32,000 bases of DNA from Phycisphaera mikurensis NBRC 102666 (GCF_000284115.1 NC_017080.1:450001-482000); one strand, 5' to 3'. Counted from the stretch's first letter, positions 1 through 7,578 are shown. The notes: a model not told the origin generated them from the sequence alone. Made by a program: numbers and translations.

Positions 1-2
1 TG

Positions 3-671
3 ATCAAGCGGCTGACCTGGACGCGGGAGATCCACGACTTCGGCTGCTCGCTGAAGGCCTACCGCCGCGAGATCCTCGACGACGTCACGATCTACGGCGA
101 GATGCACCGCTTCCTGCCGGCGATCTGCAAGTGGCGGGGGGCCCGGATCACCGAGCTGGAGGTGAACCACCGGCCCCGGGCCCACGGCAAGAGCAAGTAC
201 GGGCTCAAGCGGACCGGGAAGGTCCTGCTGGACCTCATGACCGTGAAGTTCCTGGGCGACTACCTCACCAAGCCGATCTACTTCTTCGGGAAGCTCGCCG
301 CGATCTCGCTGCTGGTCTCCGGCGTGGGGGTGGTCTTCGCGCTGGTCCAGAAGCTCGGCCACCTCACCGAGCACGGCCAGCCGGTGATGCTCAACGACAA
401 CATCCTGGTTCTGCTGGCGCTGCTCACGTTCATGATGACGGTGCTGTTCCTGGTGATCGGCGTGCTCTCGGAGCTGATGGTGCGGATCTACTACGAGAGT
501 CAGGACCGGGCGCCGTACAAGATCCGATCGCTGGACCGCGGCCTCGGCGGCGGGCCCGACGGCGGCGGGGCGGTGCCCGCGGACCGCGGCGCGGGGGAAC
601 CGTTCGCGGCCGCGGTCCGCGGGCATGCGGCGGCGGCCGGGCCGCTGGAGCGGGCGCCGGGCGCCGCCTGA
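3..671 (+). CDS. GT2-family polyprenyl-phosphate glycosyltransferase (ArnC/GtrB/Dpm1-like), 5'-truncated by window edge
   Basis: Frame-3 ORF is open from the window edge. Translation runs IKRLTWTREIHDFGCSLKAYRREILDD..GEMHRFLPAICKWRGARITELEVNHRPRAHGKSKYGL, then two hydrophobic C-terminal helices and MVRIYYESQDRAPYKI. This is the typical C-terminal half of ArnC/GtrB-type GT2 enzymes. Confidence 0.8.
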   Translation: MKRLTWTREIHDFGCSLKAYRREILDDVTIYGEMHRFLPAICKWRGARITELEVNHRPRAHGKSKYGLKRTGKVLLDLMTVKFLGDYLTKPIYFFGKLAAISLLVSGVGVVFALVQKLGHLTEHGQPVMLNDNILVLLALLTFMMTVLFLVIGVLSELMVRIYYESQDRAPYKIRSLDRGLGGGPDGGGAVPADRGAGEPFAAAVRGHAAAAGPLERAPGAA

Positions 672-738
672 GCCGCACCGCCGCGCCGCCGACGCCCGCG
701 TGCGCACGCGGTCTCGCGTGGCGGCACCCCGAAGACCG

Positions 739-1674
739 ATGGTGAACCCCTTGGCGCTGCTCCTTTCCCCGAACCCGCCAGTCGGCGTGCCCGCCGCGAC
801 GCCCGACGCCGCGGCCCCGCTGGAGCCGGTCGCCGCGCTGCCCGGACCGATCGCCGTGGACACGCACGCGCACCTGCACGCGGCGTGGCCGCTGGCGTCG
901 GCGCTGCGCAGCTCGCTGCGCCACGCGCAGCGGGCCGGTGCGGGCGCGGCGGTGCTCTGCCTGGCACGCGGCCCGGGGGAGGGCGGTTTCGAGCGGCTCG
1001 CCGGCGGCGGGGTGGCGGGGTTGCCGGCGCTTGCCCCCACCGCCGAGGCGGGCGTGCTGCGGGCGCCGCCGGAGGGCCCCGGCGGGATCCCGCTGGCGGT
1101 GGTCGATGGCCGGCAGCTGGTGACCGCCGAGCGGATCGAGGTGCTCGCGCTCGCGCTGGACCCCAACGCGGCACTCCGCGGGGGCCTGCCCCTGCACGAC
1201 ACGCTGGCCGCCGTCGCGGCGGCGGGGGCCGTGCCGGTGCTGCCGCACGGCGTGGGCAAGTGGCTCGGGCGGCGCGGCCGGCTGGTGGCCCGCGCCATCG
1301 ATCAGGCCCGGGGGGGCCGCCGGGCGCCGGCCTGGGGGCCGCGGCTGTGCGTCGCCGACAACGCCGGCCGCTTCACGCTCGGGCCGCGGCCGGCCGTCCT
1401 CGACCAGGCCGCCGCGCTGGGCATGACGATCCTCGCCGGCTCCGACCCGCTGCCGGTCCCCGGGGCCGGCGCCCGGCTGGGCGGCTTCGGGGTGGTGCTG
1501 CCCGGTCCGGTGCCCGTGGACGCGGTCGCGGCCTCGCTCCGCCGGCTGCTCCCGCTGCTGGGGCCGACGCCGCAGCGCTTCGGCGGCCACGCGGGAACCG
1601 CCCGCTCGCTCGCCGAGCAGGCCGCGCTGCGCCTGCTCGGGCGGCGGCAGAAGGCTGGGCGGTGTCCGGTTTGA
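739..1674 (+). CDS. hypothetical protein, weak PHP/amidohydrolase-like metal-dependent hydrolase signature
   Basis: ORF 625-1674. The Arg-rich first 38 codons are unlikely to be coding, so I start at ATG 739 (MVNPLALLL). Motifs VDTHAHL, VTAERIEVLAL, VPVLPHGVG and ILAGSDPLP resemble PHP-type metal-ligand blocks. The stop overlaps the next gene's GTG start. Confidence 0.55.
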   Translation: MVNPLALLLSPNPPVGVPAATPDAAAPLEPVAALPGPIAVDTHAHLHAAWPLASALRSSLRHAQRAGAGAAVLCLARGPGEGGFERLAGGGVAGLPALAPTAEAGVLRAPPEGPGGIPLAVVDGRQLVTAERIEVLALALDPNAALRGGLPLHDTLAAVAAAGAVPVLPHGVGKWLGRRGRLVARAIDQARGGRRAPAWGPRLCVADNAGRFTLGPRPAVLDQAAALGMTILAGSDPLPVPGAGARLGGFGVVLPGPVPVDAVAASLRRLLPLLGPTPQRFGGHAGTARSLAEQAALRLLGRRQKAGRCPV

Positions 1675-3356
1675 GCGCGGCCGGCGACGACGCGCACGCG
1701 GGCGCCGGCCTGGCGGTGACCGCCTCGGCCGCGGCGGCGCGCAGCCACGGGCTCATCGTCGTCGGCGGCGGGATCCAGGGTGTGATGGTGGCGCTCGAGG
1801 CCGCCCGCCGCGGGCACCGCCCGCTGCTGCTCGAAGCCGGGGATTTTGGCGGCGCCACGACCGCGGCGTCGCTCCGCATCGTCCACGGCGGGCTGCGGTA
1901 CCTGCAGTCGGCCGACGTCCGCCGCTTCCTGGAGAGCGTCAACGAGCGGCGTTGGTTCCTGCGGCACTTCCCCGACCTCGTGCGGCCGCTGCCGTGCCTG
2001 ATGCCGCTCTACGGGGTCGGCCTGCGCCGCCGGTCGACGCTGCGGCCCGCCCTGCGGCTCAACGACCTGCTGAGCCTCCACCGCAACCGCGGGGTGCCGC
2101 GGGGGGCGCGGATCCCGCCGGCGGGCTTGCTCGACCGGGACGGGCTGCTGGCGCGGGCGCCGGGCGTCTGCCCGCGGGGGCTCACCGGCGCGGCCGCTTG
2201 GACCGACGCCCAGATGACCCAGCCGCAGCGGCTGGTCATGGAGCTGCTGCGCTGGGCGGTGTCCGCGGGGGCGACGGCGCTGGCCCGGGTGGAGGCGCTG
2301 AGCCTCTCGCTGCACGGCGGAGCGGTCCGAGGCGTCGACGCCGTCGACCTGCGCACCGGCTGCACCCACCACTTCGAGGCGTCGGGCGTCGTCAACGCCG
2401 CCGGGCCGTGGTCGGGCGTGCTCGCCGAGGCCTTCGACCCGCCGGGCGCCCGCGACGCCGAGCCGCACGAGCTGGTCCGGCCGCAGCTTTCCTTCAACGT
2501 GCTGCTGGACGCGCCCCCGCCCGCGGGCGACGCGGCGGTGGCCGTGCACGCCGGCGACGCCGCCGCGGGCGCGGGGGACGCGGTCCGCCCCGCCGACGCC
2601 GCGGCGGGTGCACAATTTCTGGTGCCGCACGCCGGCGGCCCGCGGCCGATGACGATGGCGGGCACGGGGCAGGTTCCCTGGACCGGCGCCACGGGCGTGG
2701 CCGGCGGCGCAGGGCCCACGCCGAGCGAGGCCCAGCTCGGCGAGTTTCTCGACCGGCTCGGCCGTGCCCACCCGCCGCTGGCGGGGGTGGCGGTCCGCCG
2801 CGTCTTCGCCGGCCTGCTCCCGGCGGAGGCGGCGGGCTCGGCGGAGCCCCGGCACCGCCCGCGGTGGATCGAGCACGACCGCCACGGCGGCCCCGGCGGG
2901 CTCATCAGCGTCGCCGGCGTCAAGTACACGACGGCCCGCCTGGTCGCCGAGCAGACGCTGCGGCGGCTCCTGGGCAGCGGGCTGCACGCCGTGCGGACCG
3001 GCACCGGCCGGCCGCCGCCCGCGGAGGGCTGGGCGGCGGCCCGCTTCGAGCCCACGGCGGCGCTCGCCGCTGCGCTGCCGGGCCTGTGCGAGGCCGAGGC
3101 GGTGAGCTGCCTGCGCGACGTCACGCGCGGCCGGACCGGGTGGGGCGACGACCCCGAGGTGGAGGCCGAGGCGCTGGATTGGCTCGGCGGCGTGCTCGGC
3201 CTGCCGGTGGACTTCGAGGCGCAGCGCGGCGACGCGGGCGGCCGCGACCCCGCCCGCACGGGGCCGCCGCCCGATCGACGGGCGGCGTCCACCGAGCCTG
3301 AACGCGCGGAGGGCGGGCCCGGCCGCGGGGCCGCCGCCGAGGAGCACGCCGCGTGA
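1662..3356 (+). CDS. FAD-dependent oxidoreductase, glycerol-3-phosphate dehydrogenase (GlpD)-like
   Basis: This is the C-terminal part of long ORF 885-3356. Dinucleotide fold LIVVGGGIQGVMVALEAARRG and GlpD-like blocks SLRIVHGGLRYL and VNAAGPW are present. GTG at 1662 is in frame and overlaps the upstream stop (1672-1674). Confidence 0.8.
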   Translation: MSGLSAAGDDAHAGAGLAVTASAAAARSHGLIVVGGGIQGVMVALEAARRGHRPLLLEAGDFGGATTAASLRIVHGGLRYLQSADVRRFLESVNERRWFLRHFPDLVRPLPCLMPLYGVGLRRRSTLRPALRLNDLLSLHRNRGVPRGARIPPAGLLDRDGLLARAPGVCPRGLTGAAAWTDAQMTQPQRLVMELLRWAVSAGATALARVEALSLSLHGGAVRGVDAVDLRTGCTHHFEASGVVNAAGPWSGVLAEAFDPPGARDAEPHELVRPQLSFNVLLDAPPPAGDAAVAVHAGDAAAGAGDAVRPADAAAGAQFLVPHAGGPRPMTMAGTGQVPWTGATGVAGGAGPTPSEAQLGEFLDRLGRAHPPLAGVAVRRVFAGLLPAEAAGSAEPRHRPRWIEHDRHGGPGGLISVAGVKYTTARLVAEQTLRRLLGSGLHAVRTGTGRPPPAEGWAAARFEPTAALAAALPGLCEAEAVSCLRDVTRGRTGWGDDPEVEAEALDWLGGVLGLPVDFEAQRGDAGGRDPARTGPPPDRRAASTEPERAEGGPGRGAAAEEHAA

Positions 3357-4612
3357 GAATCCTCGTCCTCGCCCCGCACAACTTCTACGTCGATCGCGGC
3401 ACGCCGATCGACGTCGACCTCCTGCTGCGGGCGCTCTCCAACCGCGGCGAGGAGGTCCACGCGGCCGTCTACGACGGCGGCGAGGAGCGGGTCTACCCCG
3501 GCGTCACCGTGCACCGGCCCGGGGGCCCCGCGGCGCTGCGAGAGGTCGGGCCGGGCTTCTCGGCGAAGAAGCTGCGGGCCGACCGGCACCACTTCGCACT
3601 CGGCCGGCGGCTCGCCCGGAAGCTGCGGCCCGACGTCGTACACGCCGGCGAGGAGGCGGTGTTCCTGGCGGGCTGGCTCCGCCGCCGGCTCGGCCTGCCG
3701 TACGTCTACGACATGGACAGCTCCATTGCGCAGCAGCTCGTCGAGAAGAAGCGGGCGCTGCGTCCGCTGTCCCCGCTCTTCGACGGGCTCGAGGCCCGGG
3801 CGATCCGCGGGGCCCTCGCGTGTGCGCCGGTGTGCCCGGCGCTGGCCGACCTGGCGGTCGCCGCCGGTGCGCAGCACGTCGAGACGCTGCACGACGTCTC
3901 GCAGCTGGCCGAGCCCGACCGCCCCGCGACCGGGTGGCTGCACGGGCGTCTCGGGCTGCCGGCGTCGACGCCTCTGGCGGTGTACGTGGGCAACCTGGAG
4001 GCGTATCAGGGCGTCGGCCTGCTCGTGGAGGCGATGGCGACGCCGACGATGGCGGCGGGCGTCGCCGGCGACGCGGTCGCGGTGGTGGTCGGCGGCGGCG
4101 GCGAGCCCGGGGCTCGCGCGACGCTGGAGGCCCGGGCGGCGGCGCTGGGCGTCGGCGGCCGCGTCCGCTTCGCGGGGCCGCACCCCGCCGACCGGCTCGA
4201 CGAGGTCCTCGCCGAGGCGACGGTGCTGGTCGCCCCGCGGACCCGCGGCATCAACACGCCGCAGAAGGTCTTCCCCTACCTGCACAGCGGGAAGGCGGTG
4301 CTCGTGACCGACCTGCCGACGCACAGCCAGCGGCTCGGGCCCTCGTTCTGCCGGCTCGCCGCGCCCGAGCCGGTGGCCTTCGGGGCCGCGCTCGCCGGGT
4401 TGCTCGGTGACCCGGACACGCGGGCCCGCCTCGGCGCCGCCGGCCGCGCCTTCGTGCTGGCGGAGCACACGTTCAAGGCGCACCAGCGTCGGGTCGATCG
4501 CCTGTACGACCGCGTGGCCGCCGCGCTGGGGCTCGAGCCGCCGGCCCGCCGCGTGCCCGCCCCCGACCCCGCGCCCGACCCCGCGGAAGCACCGTCCCGG
4601 ACCGCCGCATGA
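3353..4612 (+). CDS. glycosyltransferase family 4 (GT-B, group 1)
   Basis: N-terminus MRILVLAPHNFYVDRGTPIDV. C-terminal Rossmann half contains VYVGNLEAYQGVGLL and VLVAPRTRGINTPQKVFPYLHSGKAVLVTD. ATGA overlaps at both ends (3353-3356 and 4609-4612). Confidence 0.85.
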   Translation: MRILVLAPHNFYVDRGTPIDVDLLLRALSNRGEEVHAAVYDGGEERVYPGVTVHRPGGPAALREVGPGFSAKKLRADRHHFALGRRLARKLRPDVVHAGEEAVFLAGWLRRRLGLPYVYDMDSSIAQQLVEKKRALRPLSPLFDGLEARAIRGALACAPVCPALADLAVAAGAQHVETLHDVSQLAEPDRPATGWLHGRLGLPASTPLAVYVGNLEAYQGVGLLVEAMATPTMAAGVAGDAVAVVVGGGGEPGARATLEARAAALGVGGRVRFAGPHPADRLDEVLAEATVLVAPRTRGINTPQKVFPYLHSGKAVLVTDLPTHSQRLGPSFCRLAAPEPVAFGAALAGLLGDPDTRARLGAAGRAFVLAEHTFKAHQRRVDRLYDRVAAALGLEPPARRVPAPDPAPDPAEAPSRTAA

Positions 4613-5694
4613 CCGCCCCCCCGACCCCGCGCACCGTGCTGGTCACCGGCGCCACCGGCTTCACCGGCGGGGCGCTCGCCCGCGCCCATGCGGCCCGGGG
4701 CGACTCGGTCCGCGCGCTCGTCCGCTCGCCGGGGGACGCGCCGGCGGCCGCGCTCCGCGACGCCGGCATCGAGGTCGTGCCCGGCGACCTCACCGACTCG
4801 GCCGCCGTGCACCGCGGCGCGGAGGGCTGCGACCTGATCCAGCACGTCGGCGCCCTGTTCCGCACCGCCGGGCACCCCGACAGCGTCTACCACGAGGTGA
4901 ACGACGAGGCCGTCGGCCACGTGCTCGACGCCGCGGCGCGGCGGGGCGTCCGCCGCGTGGTGCACTGCTCGACGGTCGGCGTGCACGGCCACGTGAGCGA
5001 GCTGCCCTCCGACGAGACCGCGCCCTTCAACCCCGGCGACGTCTACCAGCGGAGCAAGCTCGCGGGCGAGACGCGCGTCCGCGAGGCGATGGGCAACCGG
5101 CCCTTCGAGGCCGTCGTCTGCCGGCCCGCCGGCATCTACGGCCCCGGCGACCTCCGCTTCCTGAAGGTCTTCCGCGGGCTGCAGAAGGGCCGGTTCCCGA
5201 TGTTCGGCTCCGGCGAGGTCACGTACCACTTCACCTACATCGACGACCTCGTCGGCGGCCTCCTGCTCGCCGGAGATCATCCCGAGGCGGCCGGGCAGAC
5301 GCTGATCCTCGGCGGCGACGGCTTCTACCCGCTCAACCGCTTCGTCGGGCTGGTCGCCGCGGCCGTCGGCGGCAGGCCGCCGCGCCTGCACCTCCCGCTG
5401 CCGCCGCTGCTGCTGGCCGCGAGGCTGTGCGAGGGCGTGTGCCGGCCGCTGGGCATCGACCCGCCGCTGCACGTCCGCCGCTGCGAGTTCTACACCAAGG
5501 CCCGGGCGTTCTCCAACGCCAAGGCGAAGCGGGTGATCGGCTTCGACCCGCAAGTCGGCCTCGCCGATGGCGTCTACCGCACCGCGCAGTGGTACGCCGG
5601 CGAGGGCCTGATCGGCCCCCCGGTCGACCGCGCCGCTTACGACGCCGCGGTGTCGGCGTGGGCCGAGCCCGCCGCCGCCCCGGCCGCCGCCTGA
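4609..5694 (+). CDS. NAD-dependent epimerase/dehydratase family protein (extended SDR)
   Basis: VLVTGATGFTGGALA glycine-rich NAD motif and YQRSK catalytic YxxxK; length is about 360 aa. Confidence 0.85.
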   Translation: MTAPPTPRTVLVTGATGFTGGALARAHAARGDSVRALVRSPGDAPAAALRDAGIEVVPGDLTDSAAVHRGAEGCDLIQHVGALFRTAGHPDSVYHEVNDEAVGHVLDAAARRGVRRVVHCSTVGVHGHVSELPSDETAPFNPGDVYQRSKLAGETRVREAMGNRPFEAVVCRPAGIYGPGDLRFLKVFRGLQKGRFPMFGSGEVTYHFTYIDDLVGGLLLAGDHPEAAGQTLILGGDGFYPLNRFVGLVAAAVGGRPPRLHLPLPPLLLAARLCEGVCRPLGIDPPLHVRRCEFYTKARAFSNAKAKRVIGFDPQVGLADGVYRTAQWYAGEGLIGPPVDRAAYDAAVSAWAEPAAAPAAA

Positions 5695-5705
5695 ACCCCG
5701 CCACC

Positions 5706-6554
5706 GTGCACCCGCCACCCGCCGAAGCCGATGAGGACGCCGCCCCCGCACCCTCGGGCGGCGACCGGCGTGACCCCGGCCGCGCGGGCGACTCCGCGTT
5801 CCGGGCGCTGCTGCGCGACCGGCGTCTGCCCGCCTGGCGCAAGTACACCGGCCTGGTCATCGGCCGCCCGGGCCTTCTCCGCCTGCTCTGGCACGAGGCG
5901 GTGATCCTCGCCTGCGGCGACCTGCCGGGGGCGTTGGGGCTGCTGCTGCGGGGCTGGCTCTTCCCCACGCTGCTGGGGGCCTGCGGCGACAAGCCGGTGT
6001 TCGGGCGGGGCATCACGCTGCGTCACCCGCACCGGATCCGGCTGGGCGATCGGGTGATCGTCGACGACCGCTGCGTGCTCGACGCCAAGGGCGGGCACGC
6101 GGTGGCGATCGACCTCGGCGACGACGTCATCCTCGGCCGCAACTCCTCGCTGATCTGCAAGACCACCTCGGGAACCGCCGGGGTGGACGCCGCCGACCCC
6201 GGCGGCCGCATCGTGCTCGGCCCGCGGGCGAACGTCTCGCTGAACTGCACGCTGATCAGCGAGTCGAGCCTCGTGCTCGGCCCGAAGGTGCTCGTCGCCG
6301 GCCACTGCTACGTGATCGCCGGCGGCAACCACGGCGTCGCGCCCTCCGGCGAGGCGATCGTCGACCAGCCGATGGCCGACCGCGGCGGGGTCGAGGTCGG
6401 CGCCGGCGCCTGGATCGGCGCCAACGCGACCGTGCTCGACGGCGTCACCCTCGGGCCCGCGGCCACCGTGGGCGCCGGCGCCGTCGTCCGCGCGGACGTG
6501 CCCGCGCACGCGACCGTGGCCGGGGTGCCGGCGCGGCCGATCCGCGGGCGATGA
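5706..6554 (+). CDS. left-handed beta-helix (hexapeptide-repeat) sugar O-acyltransferase
   Basis: This is the tail of long ORF 4407-6554. Repeated hexapeptide pattern (IRLGDRVIVDDRCVLD, VILGRNSSL, VEVGAGAWIGANATVLDGVTLGPAATVGAGAVV) with GVPARPI near the C-terminus. GTG 5706 is the first plausible in-frame start after the upstream stop, but the start is uncertain. Confidence 0.75.
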   Translation: MHPPPAEADEDAAPAPSGGDRRDPGRAGDSAFRALLRDRRLPAWRKYTGLVIGRPGLLRLLWHEAVILACGDLPGALGLLLRGWLFPTLLGACGDKPVFGRGITLRHPHRIRLGDRVIVDDRCVLDAKGGHAVAIDLGDDVILGRNSSLICKTTSGTAGVDAADPGGRIVLGPRANVSLNCTLISESSLVLGPKVLVAGHCYVIAGGNHGVAPSGEAIVDQPMADRGGVEVGAGAWIGANATVLDGVTLGPAATVGAGAVVRADVPAHATVAGVPARPIRGR

Positions 6555-6612
6555 GCGCGGGGCAGGAACACCCGGTCGCGGTCCCGGGCGGCCACGGCCC
6601 GGTTCAGCTCCT

Positions 6613-7564
6613 CCATCGACGGAGTGGATGTGGCGGCTTGGGCGGACGGATGAGCTGGAAGCGGGAACCCCGCCCGGTCGCGGCTTCGGGCCGTCTCGGT
6701 TGCAATGAGCTTCTACATCGACGGAGTCGATGAGCCACCTGGGCGGGTGGCTCATCCACTCCGTGGATGTGGCGGCTTGGGCGGACGGATGAGCGGGAGC
6801 GGGGAACCACGCCCGATCGCGGCTTCGGGCCGATTCGGTTGCAGTCGGCTTCGACATCGACGGAGTCGATGTGCCACCTGGGCGGGTGGCTCATCCACTC
6901 CGTGGATGTGGCGGCTTGGGGGCACGGATGAGCGGGAAGCGGGGAGCCCGCTTGGTCGCGGCTTCGGGTTGCTTCGGTTGCAATGAGCTTCTACATCGAC
7001 GGAGTCGATGAGCCACCTGGGCGGGTGGCTCATTCACTCCGTGGATGTGGCGGCGTAGGGGTGCGGACGTGCTGGTAGCGGGGAGCCCGCGCGGTCGCGG
7101 CTTCGGGCCGATTCGGTTGCAGTGGGCTTCTACATCGACGGAGTCGATGAGCCACCTGGGCGGGTGGCTCATTCACTCCGTGGATGTGGCGGCTTGGGGG
7201 TGCGGACGTGCTGGTAGCGGGGAGCCCGCGCGGTCGCGGCTTCGGGCCGTTTCGGTTGCAGTCGGCTTCTACATCGACGGAGTCGATGAGCCACCTGGGC
7301 GGGTGGCTCATCCACTCCGTGGATGTGGCGGCTTGGGCGGACGGATGAGCTGGAAGCGGGAACCCCGCCTGGTCGCGGCTTCGGGTTGCTTCGGTTGCAA
7401 TGAGCTTCTACATCGACGGAGTCGATGAGCCACCTGGGCGGGTGGCTCATCCACTCCGTGGATGTGGCGGCTTGGGCGGACGGATGAGCTGGAAGCGGGA
7501 GCCACGCCCGGTCGCGGCTTCGGGCCGTCTCGGTTGCGGTCGGCTTCTCCATCGACGGAGTCGA
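6613..7564. repeat. 139-bp tandem repeat array: one 102-bp copy, six 139-bp copies, one 16-bp stub
   Basis: Direct reading gives copy starts at 6613, 6715, 6854, 6993, 7132, 7271, 7410 and 7549. Each full copy begins CATCGACGGAGTCGATGAGCCACCTGGGCGGGTGGCTCATCCACTCCGTGGATG. The period is not divisible by 3. Confidence 0.95.
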
Positions 7565-7578
7565 TCGGCGGTCCGCGA

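Noticed and set aside
1302-4483. Long - strand ORFs 1302-3347 and 2009-4483
   Set aside because: They are antisense to the GlpD-like and GT4 genes, which carry recognisable motifs, and their translations are low-complexity and Arg/Pro-rich.
6584-6602. CCGGGC-GGCCACG-GCCCGG hairpin after the acyltransferase stop as an intrinsic terminator
   Set aside because: It has only a 6-bp stem and no U-tract. It lies in what may be a degenerate partial copy of the 139-bp unit, so it is not distinguishable from chance GC-rich pairing.
6729-6791. Tandem mini-ORFs on the + strand (MSHLGGWLIHSVDVAAWADG, GGAG 3 nt upstream) as multicopy RiPP-like precursor peptides
   Set aside because: The ORF is not conserved between copies: it has 20 codons in some, is truncated by TAG in copy 6993, and reads through for about 70 more codons in copy 7132. 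The GGAG-N3-ATG context appears identically on the opposite strand purely because of the palindrome. No maturation enzymes are nearby. Nucleotide-level conservation, including synonymous sites, argues for a DNA or RNA function. Ribosome profiling could reopen this.
6604-7505. Family of staggered ~93-aa ORFs (MSHPPRWLIDSVDVEA.. on the - strand, MSFYIDGVDEPPGRVAHPLRGCGG.. on the + strand) as a repeated protein-coding gene family
   Set aside because: They overlap one another at the 139-bp period, which is not divisible by 3, so each copy shifts frame. All start at the ATG embedded in the palindrome arm on either strand. The products are Arg/Pro-rich with no domain signature. They are artefacts of the DNA repeat.
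6613-7564. CRISPR array interpretation of the periodic palindromic repeats
   Set aside because: The segments between the palindromes are homologous to each other, so they are paralogous variants rather than unique spacers. The period is 139 bp instead of about 60-75 bp. No cas genes or leader-like region are present in the window.
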